This document shows positions 10,380-20,183 of a stretch of 32,000 nt of DNA, one piece after another. Source of the DNA: Thermococcus kodakarensis KOD1 (GTDB lineage: Archaea > Methanobacteriota_B > Thermococci > Thermococcales > Thermococcaceae). Within the stretch, counting starts at the first letter, position 1. Each line of letters opens with the position of its first letter. The translations under genes were made by a program, and so were the position numbers. The DNA lies in NCBI RefSeq assembly GCF_000009965.1, contig NC_006624.1, positions 1 through 32,000 of the forward strand, read 5' to 3'. Below the pieces are notes generated by a model. It was not told the origin of the DNA. It saw only the letters and a program-made list of their open reading frames with translations, and searched no databases.

Positions 10380-10807
10380 TTGAGATGCTGTATGAAATAC
10401 CCATATCGACGAGGGAGAGGCTCCAGATAATAGATATAACGGACGAAATTCAAAAAATGGTTTACAAATCAAAGGTGAAGCACGGCATAGCGGTTGTTTT
10501 CACACACCACACGACGACCGGTCTCATGATAAACGAATATGAGAGCGGCCTAATCGAGGACTTCAAGGCCAAGATGAAGGAGCTGATCCCGAAGGGGGCC
10601 GGCTACTCCCACGACAGGATAGACAGCAACGCCCACGCCCACCTCAGGGCCTCCCTGCTCCTGAACCCGGAGGTCGTCATACCCATAGACCAGGCCGAAC
10701 TCCAGCTGGGAACTTGGCAGAGGATTCTTTTCGTCGAGCTCGACGGCCCGAGGCACAGGCGGGTCTACGTGATGGTCTGCCCGTGCCCCGAGTTTCCGGA
10801 GGAGTGA
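10376..10807 (+). CDS. YjbQ/UPF0047 family protein (secondary thiamine-phosphate synthase-type)
   Basis: LQIIDITDEI, VVFTHHTTTGLMINEYE, HDRIDSNAHAHLRASLL and LQLGTWQRILFVELDGPR are the hallmark YjbQ blocks. The start is GTG at 10376 or ATG at 10385. Confidence 0.85.
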   Translation: MIEMLYEIPISTRERLQIIDITDEIQKMVYKSKVKHGIAVVFTHHTTTGLMINEYESGLIEDFKAKMKELIPKGAGYSHDRIDSNAHAHLRASLLLNPEVVIPIDQAELQLGTWQRILFVELDGPRHRRVYVMVCPCPEFPEE

Positions 10808-11365
10808 TTACACGTACTGGGCCATGTAGGCTATCCTCTCAAGCAGTTCATTAAAGCCCTCGTAGGTAACCAGCGAGAGTGCTATCGGCTCCTGCTCAAG
10901 TCTCTTCTTTATGATTTCCCTCAGTTCCTCGACGCGCTCCCGGGGAACGAGGTCAATCTTGTTGATAACCACTATTATGGGCTTCTCGTAGCGGAACTTC
11001 AGCATATGGTGGAGCTTCTCCATCCCCCTATGAAGGCCGACCGTCGCGTCAACCATGTGGATAATGATGTCGGCCGAGGTTATCTCATTGATTATTTCGC
11101 GGAATTTCTCCTCGCTCAGAACCTTTCCTCTGAGCTCCCTCTCCGGGTCAAAGAGACCGGCAGTGTCTATGAGAACGAATTCATCGGCCCCACCGTAGGG
11201 GTTCTTCATGCCCTTTGGTATCTTAAGCTTTCCAAAGCGCCGCCGGATGACTCCCTTTGTTGTCCCCGGCAGGTTCTCGACTTCACTCACTTTCCCACCG
11301 ATGAGAGCGTTCATAAGCGTTGATTTGCCAACGTTCTCAGCACCTATAATCGCAACCTTTATCAT
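10808..11365 (-). CDS. Small GTP-binding protein (Era/EngB-like TRAFAC GTPase)
   Basis: G1 is GAENVGKST, G3 is DTAGL and G4 is NKIDL. The likely start is MIKVAIIG at 11365, preceded by GGTGGTGG. The track ORF extends to 11428. Confidence 0.85.
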   Translation of the reverse strand: MIKVAIIGAENVGKSTLMNALIGGKVSEVENLPGTTKGVIRRRFGKLKIPKGMKNPYGGADEFVLIDTAGLFDPERELRGKVLSEEKFREIINEITSADIIIHMVDATVGLHRGMEKLHHMLKFRYEKPIIVVINKIDLVPRERVEELREIIKKRLEQEPIALSLVTYEGFNELLERIAYMAQYV

Positions 11366-11414
11366 ACCACCACCCATAAAGTGGTAGAGCGGACGGGATA
11401 TAAAGGTGATGAGC

Positions 11415-11726
11415 ATGAAGAGGATCAAGCTGGGTCATCACTATTATTACGTTGTAACCCCCGACGACCTCTCAACGAGAAAATTTAGGGGAAAAAACAT
11501 CGTTCTTGAGGGGGTCGTGGAGGACAAGCCTCTCGTGGAGTTCCTTCCGATGGAGCTCCCCAGCTGGAGGACAACGTTCAAGATCCATGGGTTCTCCGTC
11601 GAGTTCGCGGGAAGTCCATGCGTTGGAAAAGGGGACACCGTGAAAGTCTACGGCCGCTTTGTTGGGGACGGAATAATAGCGACCGCCATCGAGACCGAAA
11701 GGGCCATCTTCACCACGGAGGAATGA
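11415..11726 (+). CDS. Small OB-fold-like hypothetical protein
   Basis: About 103 aa with a beta-rich pattern (NIVLEGVVEDKPLVEF...GDTVKVYGRFVGDGIIATAIE). GGTGAT RBS precedes the ATG at 11415, and the stop overlaps the next gene (ATGA). The fold call is an inference. Confidence 0.5.
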   Translation: MKRIKLGHHYYYVVTPDDLSTRKFRGKNIVLEGVVEDKPLVEFLPMELPSWRTTFKIHGFSVEFAGSPCVGKGDTVKVYGRFVGDGIIATAIETERAIFTTEE

Positions 11727-12286
11727 CCATGCTGGGGCTTTTCATTGAGCTCGGTAACCTGAAGAAGCTGAAGAGGACAGGCTGGGTTCTGAGGGGCGTT
11801 CCAAATCCGGAGAGCATAGCCGACCATTCTTTCAGGGTGGCTTTGATAACTTTCTTCTTGGCAGACGAGCTTAAAAAGAGGGGCGTTGAAATCAACCCCG
11901 ATAAAGCCGTTCGAATAGCCCTCCTCCACGACATTGGGGAGGCGAGGATAACAGATATCCCCCAGCCGGCCCTCAAGTACGTGGACAAGTCCGAAGCGGA
12001 AAGAAAGGCCGTTGAAGACCTTCTGAAAACCAGTCCGCTTCCCGAAGAATACTACCAACTCTGGCTTGAGTATGAGGAGGGGAGCACGCTGGAAGGCCGG
12101 CTCGTCAGGTTCGCCGACAAGCTTGAAATGCTAATCCAGGCCCTTGAGTACGAGTCCGCCGGGGCTTCAGGCCTCGACGAGTTCTGGAATGTCCTTGAGA
12201 ACCTCAGGAGTAGCGAGTTCTACGGGCATTTCAAAGATATAGTTGACGGCCTCGAAGACATGAGAAAACAAAAGCGTTTGCTTTAA
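11723..12286 (+). CDS. HD-domain phosphohydrolase (YfbR-like 5'-deoxynucleotidase family)
   Basis: LKRTGW...ESIADHSFRVALI...LLHDIGEARITDIP contains the H...HD...D metal ligands of the YfbR-type HD fold. GGAGG RBS precedes the ATG at 11723. Confidence 0.85.
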   Translation: MTMLGLFIELGNLKKLKRTGWVLRGVPNPESIADHSFRVALITFFLADELKKRGVEINPDKAVRIALLHDIGEARITDIPQPALKYVDKSEAERKAVEDLLKTSPLPEEYYQLWLEYEEGSTLEGRLVRFADKLEMLIQALEYESAGASGLDEFWNVLENLRSSEFYGHFKDIVDGLEDMRKQKRLL

Positions 12287-13807
<1,521 letters not shown>

Positions 13808-13808
<1 letters not shown>

Positions 13809-14023
13809 CACTCCCACAGCTCCCGCTTGAGTTCTTCCCACTCTTTCAGCTCTTCTACTTCAACGCTGTCGAAAAACTTCTTCAGGTTGGCCTTTCTCCG
13901 TGGTAGAACCTCAACTCTGTCGCCCAAATCAACGATGATTACTTCATCACCGAGCTTTTCCCTGAGTTCCTTTGGGAGATGGAGCCTTCCCTGCGCGTCT
14001 ATCCTCTTCACAACTACTTCCAT
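13808..14023 (-). CDS. vapB: AbrB/SpoVT-type antitoxin VapB
   Basis: MEVVVKRIDAQGRLHLPKELREKLG...VEVLP is the swapped-hairpin AbrB/MazE motif. GGTGAG RBS precedes the ATG at 14023. The track ORF extends to 14056. Confidence 0.8.
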
Positions 14024-14152
14024 GCTCTCACCAAAACTGATATATTCTTGGAGCACTAAATAGTTTTTGGTAGAAATTTGGCTTTGTGGAGAAAGCAGTT
14101 TAGCTTAACAAACCCACAACTCTTAAATAAGCATTCCTCCAACTTTGGAGCG

Positions 14153-14896
14153 ATGCGCCGGGACTACACCCTCTACCTCTTTGCAGCACTGGGGACCTTC
14201 CTGATAGCCTACATAGCCGTCCCGATAGCGGTTATTTTCCTCAAACAGGCCTCCGACGTGGAAATGCTTGTTAAAACCCTCCACGATCCGTATGTGATAG
14301 AGGCCATCAGAAACTCCCTTCTAACCGCGACCGCGACCGCCCTGATAGCCCTTCTCTTCGGCGTCCCGCTCGGCTACGTCCTGGCGAGAAAAGATTTCCC
14401 CGGAAAGAGCGCGGTTCAGGCTTTGGTGGACGTTCCGATAGTCATACCGCACTCAGTCGTCGGCATAATGCTTCTCGTCACGTTCTCAAACTCAATCCTC
14501 GACAGTTATAAGGGGATAGTAGCCGCGATGCTCTTCGTCTCTGCTCCGTTCACGATCAACGCCGCAAGGGATGGGTTTCTTGCGGTTGATGAGAAGCTTG
14601 AAGCCGTCGCCAGAACGCTCGGCGCTTCCCGCTGGCGGGCGTTTCTGTCTATTTCACTCCCGATGGCGTTTCCATCCATAGCGAGCGGGGCGATAATGAC
14701 GTGGGCGAGGGCAATAAGCGAGGTCGGTGCGATACTGATAGTCGCTTACTACCCTAAAACTGCCCAGGTTCTCATCCTGGAGTACTTCAACAACTACGGA
14801 CTGCGAGCATCGAGGCCTATAGCAGTGATTATGGTGAGCCTGAGCCTCGGAATCTTCGTAATACTCCGCTGGCTGGTGGGGAGGAAGAACGCTTGA
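14153..14896 (+). CDS. wtpB: Tungstate/molybdate ABC transporter permease WtpB
   Basis: Polytopic membrane protein with the ABC permease EAA loop ([22 protein letters not shown]). The likely start is MRRDYTLYL at 14153. The track ORF opens at 14078. Confidence 0.9.
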   Translation: MRRDYTLYLFAALGTFLIAYIAVPIAVIFLKQASDVEMLVKTLHDPYVIEAIRNSLLTATATALIALLFGVPLGYVLARKDFPGKSAVQALVDVPIVIPHSVVGIMLLVTFSNSILDSYKGIVAAMLFVSAPFTINAARDGFLAVDEKLEAVARTLGASRWRAFLSISLPMAFPSIASGAIMTWARAISEVGAILIVAYYPKTAQVLILEYFNNYGLRASRPIAVIMVSLSLGIFVILRWLVGRKNA

Positions 14897-14944
14897 GGAT
14901 AAAACTTTAATTAGAGTAGCGTCGATAACGAAGAGGGGAGAGCT

Positions 14945-15964
14945 ATGATAACATCTCTTCAGATTGAGAACTTCAGGGGCATAAAAAAGCTGAATCTGAG
15001 TAATCTTGGTCAGATTAATGTAATTGCGGGTAAAAACAACGCAGGCAAGTCGAGCGTGCTTGAGGCGTTATCTCTTTTCTTGGCGGCTTTTGGAGGAATT
15101 CAGTCAGTTAAGAGCGCTCTTCAAGAAATCCTGATATGGCGCGGATGGTATGGTTCTCAGGCTATAGAGGACTTATTTCATTCAAAGGCAGAACTTGCTA
15201 GGATTGTATCTACGAAGATAGATGCTTCATGGGAGCTTGTGCTAAAAAAGGAGATGTCCGGACTCAATGCATTGCCCACCCTTAAAGTTACGCTAAAACA
15301 GATCGATGAGGAGCATCCAAAGTTTAGTGCGGGATTTCAGATTCATAATCTAGTTGACAACAATGTATTGTCTATATCCCTGCTTTCATCAAAATTTGAC
15401 CCCAGTCTTAATTTTGAATTCATAACTCCTCTGACTCTCCGTAAGTTTGGATATGTTGAGAGCCTCTACTCCATTGGCTATGAGAGGAAGGTTGTAAAAG
15501 AAAGCATAAACATCCTTAACGAGGCTTATCCTGAGGTTGAGGGGTTTAGTCCCCTGTTCAAAGCAAATAAATGGATACTCCACGTCGAGACCAAATATGG
15601 TGTTTATCCATATTACTTAATGGGAGAAGGATTCAAAAACGCGATGATCATAGCGTTTCTGGCATCGCTTTTAAAGGGGGGATACCTTCTCATAGACTCC
15701 GCAGAGGCCTTCCATCACCCCAAGTCCCTGAGGGTCATGTCCAAGACCCTCGTTAAAGGGGCAAAGCAAAACGATGTCCAGGTGTTTTTAACCACCCACA
15801 GCATTGAGCTTATCGACATGCTAATCAAATATGGCTTAGAAAGCAAGGTTGATGGAAGGGTGATTTACATGAAGCGTGAGAACGGAAACGTAAAAGCCTC
15901 AATAGAAACCTTTGAAGAATCGCAAGAACTAAGGGAAACCCTGGGATTGGATCTGAGGGGATGA
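14945..15964 (+). CDS. AAA_21/AAA_15-type ABC ATPase (RecF/SMC-like N-terminus), OLD/AriA/PtuA-like
   Basis: N-terminus is IENFRGIKKLNLSNLGQINVIAGKNNAGKSSVLEAL (Walker A). LLIDSAEAFHHP occupies the Walker B position and FLTTHS the H-loop position. 339 aa. The first 100 nt contain 37 G+C by hand count. Confidence 0.8.
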   Translation: MITSLQIENFRGIKKLNLSNLGQINVIAGKNNAGKSSVLEALSLFLAAFGGIQSVKSALQEILIWRGWYGSQAIEDLFHSKAELARIVSTKIDASWELVLKKEMSGLNALPTLKVTLKQIDEEHPKFSAGFQIHNLVDNNVLSISLLSSKFDPSLNFEFITPLTLRKFGYVESLYSIGYERKVVKESINILNEAYPEVEGFSPLFKANKWILHVETKYGVYPYYLMGEGFKNAMIIAFLASLLKGGYLLIDSAEAFHHPKSLRVMSKTLVKGAKQNDVQVFLTTHSIELIDMLIKYGLESKVDGRVIYMKRENGNVKASIETFEESQELRETLGLDLRG

Positions 15965-15967
15965 AAC

Positions 15968-16699
15968 ATGGAGACTAGGCTTTTGCTTTTGGAAGGTCGG
16001 ACTGATGTTAGTTTCTTTCTTCCTTTGATAAAAGAGCTTTATGGATTCAAAGAGGCCAAATGTGAGGATCTTCCAGTTTTAGAAGAAGGTCCGAAAAAGA
16101 AAGGACTATCACGGGCAATCTGCCTGAGTAAAGATGATACTAGGTTGGTTGTGTGGCACGCCAACGGAAAGGACAATCTAAAAAACGCCCTTAAATTGAT
16201 TTTCAAAGCGATTGAGAGGCTTGAGGATACACCCGCCATCATCGGGATTGCGAGGGACGTTGATACCGAGGAGAGCATCTTAAACTGGGCTAAAAGCACT
16301 TTGCAGAGTGGGGGTTTTGAACCCGATGTAAAAGATGGATATCTCATGATAAACGGGATAAAGGTCATTCCATTTGGAATTGGGGAAGTTGATTTTGATG
16401 CAAGGGACATCGATCTAAAAAAAGAACTTGAACTCTTAATGGCTCTTCTAGCTAAGAAGGAAAGCAGCCTCTCAAAGCTAGAGGGTTCTATAAGTCAGCT
16501 CAGGAAAGACTTGGGGAGAAAGCTCACCCCAAAGGATATCATGCATCTCCTGGCAATCGCCCGGAACTATGGTGGAGACTCTATGTCGGGACTGTACCGA
16601 AACTTCATTGAGAAACTAATCAGGGAAAACAGGGAGCTCGTGGAGGAGTTTTTGAACGAGTCGGGATTGAAAGAATTCCTAAACGCTATTGCTCGGTGA
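15968..16699 (+). CDS. TOPRIM-like protein (DUF4435/OLD-TOPRIM-like), partner of the upstream ATPase
   Basis: Starts 3 nt after the ATPase stop. N-terminal [13 protein letters not shown] supplies the conserved Glu after strand 1, and [12 protein letters not shown] supplies DxD, matching TOPRIM spacing. 243 aa. The first 100 nt contain 40 G+C. The fold assignment is by motif only. Confidence 0.55.
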   Translation: METRLLLLEGRTDVSFFLPLIKELYGFKEAKCEDLPVLEEGPKKKGLSRAICLSKDDTRLVVWHANGKDNLKNALKLIFKAIERLEDTPAIIGIARDVDTEESILNWAKSTLQSGGFEPDVKDGYLMINGIKVIPFGIGEVDFDARDIDLKKELELLMALLAKKESSLSKLEGSISQLRKDLGRKLTPKDIMHLLAIARNYGGDSMSGLYRNFIEKLIRENRELVEEFLNESGLKEFLNAIAR

Positions 16700-16704
16700 G
16701 AATC

Positions 16705-17697
16705 ATGGTTCTTATGGTTGAAGGAATCTCCAAGGACTACCGCGAGTTCCATCTGAGGGATGTAACGTTCTCGGTAGAGAAGGGAGAGCACTTCATAATA
16801 CTGGGGCCAAGCGGTGCTGGAAAGACGGTTCTTCTTGAAGTGATAGCGGGGATAATAGAGCCCGACTCTGGAAGGATATTCCTGAACGGGGAGGACATAA
16901 CTGACCTGCCGCCCGAGAAGAGGGGTCTCGCTTATATACCTCAGAACTACGCCCTCTTCCCGAACATGAGCGTCTTCGACAACATAGCCTTCGGCCTGAA
17001 AGTGCGGAAGGTTCCGAAAGCCGAAATTGGGCGGAAAGTGAGAGAGCTCTCGGAAGTCCTCGGCATTTCCCACCTTCTCAAAAGAAAGCCGAAGACCCTG
17101 AGCGGCGGTGAGATGCAGAGGGTAGCGATAGCGAGGGCCCTGGCAGTTGAGCCTGAACTTCTTCTCTTGGATGAGCCCTTTGCCAACCTCGACGTACAGA
17201 CAAGGGGAAGACTCATTAACGAAATGAAAAGGTGGAGGAAAGAGCTTGGCTTCACAGCCCTCCATGTCACGCACTCCTTTGAGGAGGCCGTGAGTCTAGG
17301 AGATAGAGTTGGGGTCATGCTCAATGGACGGCTCGTTCAAGTTGGCCCTGTTAGAGAAGTGTTCTCACGGCCAGCGAGCGAGGAAGTTGCGAAATTCCTT
17401 GGCTTTGAAAACATCGTTGAAGGGCTCGCGGAGGGCAGAATTCTCCGCGCAAACGGCCTCGTGATAGAGCTTCCCATTGAGGCTTCTGGAAGAATCAGGG
17501 TCGGGATAAGGCCAGAGGACATCGTGCTGTCTGATGAACCTCTGAAGAGCTCGATGAGAAACACCTTCCAGGCCGAAGTCCAGGCCGACGTCGAGGAGCT
17601 CGGGGAGCTCGGTCCGCGTACGCGTAAGGCTAAAGGCCGGTGGAGTGGAGCTTTCAGCATTCGTTACCCGCTCTTCGGTGCTGGAGCTGGGGCTTGA
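16705..17697 (+). CDS. wtpC: Tungstate/molybdate ABC transporter ATPase WtpC (C-terminus frameshifted as read)
   Basis: Walker A GPSGAGKT, signature LSGGEMQR, Walker B LLLLDEP and H-loop HVTHS are all present. The last roughly 30 residues of this frame ([27 protein letters not shown]) look non-native. Confidence 0.9.
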   Translation: MVLMVEGISKDYREFHLRDVTFSVEKGEHFIILGPSGAGKTVLLEVIAGIIEPDSGRIFLNGEDITDLPPEKRGLAYIPQNYALFPNMSVFDNIAFGLKVRKVPKAEIGRKVRELSEVLGISHLLKRKPKTLSGGEMQRVAIARALAVEPELLLLDEPFANLDVQTRGRLINEMKRWRKELGFTALHVTHSFEEAVSLGDRVGVMLNGRLVQVGPVREVFSRPASEEVAKFLGFENIVEGLAEGRILRANGLVIELPIEASGRIRVGIRPEDIVLSDEPLKSSMRNTFQAEVQADVEELGELGPRTRKAKGRWSGAFSIRYPLFGAGAGA

Positions 17698-17752
17698 GGC
17701 TGGAAAAAACGTGTGGGTGGGCTTCAAGGCAAGTGCCGTCCACGTCTTTTAA
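17612..17752 (+). other. Out-of-frame (+1) remnant encoding the WtpC TOBE/Mop C-terminal domain
   Basis: The +1 frame reads [46 protein letters not shown]-stop (TAA at 17750-17752). This is the conserved C-terminus of ModC/WtpC-type ATPases. Confidence 0.8.
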
Positions 17753-17779
17753 AATTGAAAATTTGAAAACGCGGAAGAC

Positions 17780-18784
17780 TCATTCAATCTTGGCCCCACA
17801 GACCGGGCAGAACTTCGCTCCTTCAGGAACTATGTGGCCGTTCGGACAGCGTTTTATCTCGTGGCCGCAGTAGGGACAGAACCTCGCTCCAGGTGGAAGG
17901 GGCTTGCCGCAGTACGGGCATATCTCCTGCTGTTGGGCCTGCGGTTGGGCTTGTTGCTGTGCCGGCTGGTTCTGGTATCCTGCCGGAGGAACTCCACCTC
18001 CAGCATTGGGCTGGGCGGGCTGAGCCGGGGCCTGCGGCTGCATCAGCTGGGGAATGAGAACCATTCCTGTGCCAACCGAGGCGCTTCCGCTCTTTCCGAG
18101 TTCAGCAGCAACCTGCTTCGCGGTATCTAACTGCATTACAGCCTGGGCGTTGCCAGTCTGCATTATCCAGAAGAGCCTCTGCCTCCACTCGTCTGTCGTG
18201 TTCACGCCCTCTATCTTCACATCCACAAGTTCAAGGCCCAGCCTCCTGAAGTCCTCCATGAGCTTTACCTTGACCTGCGTGCTGACCATGTCGAGGTTCT
18301 GGAAGAGGTCAACGATGGAATAAGAACTGAGGTGCTTCATCATGCCCTCGTTGAAGTAAGCGCGGATGAACTTCGTAACGTCGCTCGTGTCGTAGAGGCT
18401 CTGGCCACCTACGACCTCCGTCAGGAACTGGACAGGATCAGCAACCTTGAACCAGTAGACACCGTAGTACTTTATGGGAGCGAGCTCTCTCGTCTGCGTC
18501 TCGCCTCCGTACCTTCCCTGGAACTCCTTGGTGCTGACGAAGATTACCGTCGCTTTAAAGGGGCTGTTGCTCCCGCCGACGAGTTTGTAAAGCAATGGAA
18601 GGTTCTGGGTCGTCAGCGTGTGCCTGCCCGGCCCGAAGACGTCATAGACCTTCCCGTCGCGCATGAAGACCGCAACTTCATACTCGTGGACTACCAGCTG
18701 GGCGCCCCACTTTATGACCTCGTTTGGGTACCTCCAGATTATCTCGTCCTCTCCTGGATTGACCCACTCAATAACCTGCACCAT
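17780..18784 (-). CDS. SPFH/band-7 family protein with C-terminal double zinc ribbon (YdjI/COG4260-like)
   Basis: The N-terminus VIEWVNPGEDEIIWRYP and a body of about 230 aa are typical of YdjI-type SPFH proteins. A Q/P/A-rich linker follows (PQAPAQPAQP...QPAQQQAQPQAQQQ), then CPYCG...CPYCG...CPNG...CPVCG. The ATG at 18784 follows GGGGTGAG. An alternative GTG start is at 18793. Confidence 0.75.
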   Translation of the reverse strand: MVQVIEWVNPGEDEIIWRYPNEVIKWGAQLVVHEYEVAVFMRDGKVYDVFGPGRHTLTTQNLPLLYKLVGGSNSPFKATVIFVSTKEFQGRYGGETQTRELAPIKYYGVYWFKVADPVQFLTEVVGGQSLYDTSDVTKFIRAYFNEGMMKHLSSYSIVDLFQNLDMVSTQVKVKLMEDFRRLGLELVDVKIEGVNTTDEWRQRLFWIMQTGNAQAVMQLDTAKQVAAELGKSGSASVGTGMVLIPQLMQPQAPAQPAQPNAGGGVPPAGYQNQPAQQQAQPQAQQQEICPYCGKPLPPGARFCPYCGHEIKRCPNGHIVPEGAKFCPVCGAKIE

Positions 18785-18785
18785 A

Positions 18786-19280
18786 TCACTCACCCCTCAG
18801 TATTGCGCTCCTTCCTTCGAGGACTTCCTCGAAGTTCCTCAGCATGTCATCGAGGGCGAAGACCTCCCCACCAAGTCTTTGAGGATCGGCAACGGCTCCG
18901 GAGATTGCGCCGGCCTTATCCCTGATCCCTTCGGCCAGCTCTATCATCTTCGCGTCGTACTCGATGAGCTTCTCAAGCTCCTTCTCCTTTATCTTCACCC
19001 TGTCAAAAAAGCCGGCGTAGCCTGCCTCGGCGTGCTTGACCTTCCCTTCGAGCATGATCAGCCTCTTCCTCATGTCCTCTATCGCCATGAGCATGTTGCA
19101 GTTCACCATTGCGCACCTCTGTAGGGCCCTTTCGAGCTCTCTCCTTGCCCCTGCGAGTATCTCTGCTACCTTTGCCCTCACAAGCCTGTCGTCCTCCCTC
19201 AGGAGCTCCTTCTTCTTGTAGCCGTGGAAGCCGGGAACGACGAGCTCAAGCTTTTCCCATATCGAAGTTTCCTTCCCCAT
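18786..19280 (-). CDS. Small all-helical/coiled-coil protein (164 aa), function unknown
   Basis: Strong GAGGTGG RBS. Charged heptad-like sequence (LLREDDRLVRAKVAEILAGARRELERAL, KIKEKELEKLIEYDAKMIELAEGIRDKA). Embedded in the SPFH operon. Confidence 0.6.
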   Translation of the reverse strand: MGKETSIWEKLELVVPGFHGYKKKELLREDDRLVRAKVAEILAGARRELERALQRCAMVNCNMLMAIEDMRKRLIMLEGKVKHAEAGYAGFFDRVKIKEKELEKLIEYDAKMIELAEGIRDKAGAISGAVADPQRLGGEVFALDDMLRNFEEVLEGRSAILRGE

Positions 19281-19289
19281 AATACCACC

Positions 19290-20183
19290 TCAAACGGGCA
19301 TGAAGTAGGTGTTGCCCTTCTTTATCCCCATAACTTCGCTAACAACCCTCTTGCTAACAGAGCCTTTTGAAAAGACTCCTGCGGCTCCGGCGCCTCCACC
19401 AACGAGGCCGCCGATGAGTCCCCAGACTGTTCCAGCGTAGGCCGACGCTATGATTCCGAGCACCGCCCCGGCACCGATAAGTCCGATGCCGAGGAGAGTA
19501 GTCCTCTTCCTGGCCTCGCTCATCAGCGGATACTCCGCTCTTATCACCCTTCCATCGGTCCCGTCAACGAAGTTGACGAAGCTCTGGCCATCGTACTCAT
19601 AGTGGACTTCCCAGACTGGGTAGTGCACAAGACCCTGGAAGACCACTTCAAGCTCGAACTCACCGGTTCTGGCGCTTTCCTCCCTCACCTCCTGCTGCAA
19701 CGCCGTCGTTATGTGGGAGCGGGCTATCTCCTCCGCCTTCTCCCTTGGCATCTCCGGCTCGTAGTACTTCCCCTTCTTCACTATGGCCTCGTCGAAGAAC
19801 TTCTTCCCCCTGACCGGGAACGGGTAGTTCATCAGGAGCGTTTTGAAGGGCGAACCTGCTGGAATCCCGAGAAAGCGGACTTCTTCAACGGTCTCCTTGT
19901 ACTTGTCCCTCCCGTGGAGGTAGAAGAAGTAGACCGGAACCCAGTGGAGCTCCTTCTTAGTTACCCTCGCGTCCACAATATCGGCAGGGGCACCGTACTG
20001 TCTTGAGAGGAACTTGAGGAGCTTTCCGGCGGGATCTTCCCTCATAGGCGAGAAGAAGAAGTGCTCCCCAACCTTCTCGCCGCTCTCGACCTTGAAGGTT
20101 GCCCCACAGTAGGGGCAGGTCGCGACCGTGACGGTGTCGGGAACCTTGAAAGTTGCCGAACAGACGGGGCAGGTTACCTCCAT
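19290..20183 (-). CDS. Zinc-ribbon membrane protein with C-terminal glycine-zipper TM region (paralogue of the upstream gene)
   Basis: N-terminal CPVCSATFKV...CPYCGATF. C-terminal LLGIGLIGAGAVLGIIASAYAGTVWGLIGGLVGGGAGAAGVF. The ATG at 20183 overlaps the upstream stop (TGATG) and follows GGGGTGAT. Confidence 0.7.
   Translation of the reverse strand: MEVTCPVCSATFKVPDTVTVATCPYCGATFKVESGEKVGEHFFFSPMREDPAGKLLKFLSRQYGAPADIVDARVTKKELHWVPVYFFYLHGRDKYKETVEEVRFLGIPAGSPFKTLLMNYPFPVRGKKFFDEAIVKKGKYYEPEMPREKAEEIARSHITTALQQEVREESARTGEFELEVVFQGLVHYPVWEVHYEYDGQSFVNFVDGTDGRVIRAEYPLMSEARKRTTLLGIGLIGAGAVLGIIASAYAGTVWGLIGGLVGGGAGAAGVFSKGSVSKRVVSEVMGIKKGNTYFMPV

Noticed and set aside
14881-16720. Search for target-site duplications or terminal inverted repeats flanking the ATPase/TOPRIM cassette
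   Set aside because: Only a 6-nt AACGCT is shared at the two borders (14888-14893 and 16682-16687), which is too short to be meaningful. I saw no integrase, transposase or tRNA attachment site, so I do not call this a defined mobile element.
16567-17274. 235-aa minus-strand ORF, plus other minus-strand ORFs at 16947-17727
   Set aside because: These are antisense to wtpC, whose Walker A, signature and Walker B motifs are unambiguous. They are shadow ORFs.
17930-18050. Repetitive CTG/CGG/TTG-rich DNA that could be taken for a tandem repeat or CRISPR-like array
   Set aside because: It is the reverse complement of the Q/P/A-rich linker of the SPFH protein (QPAQQQAQPQAQQQ). It is in frame, with no unit/spacer periodicity.
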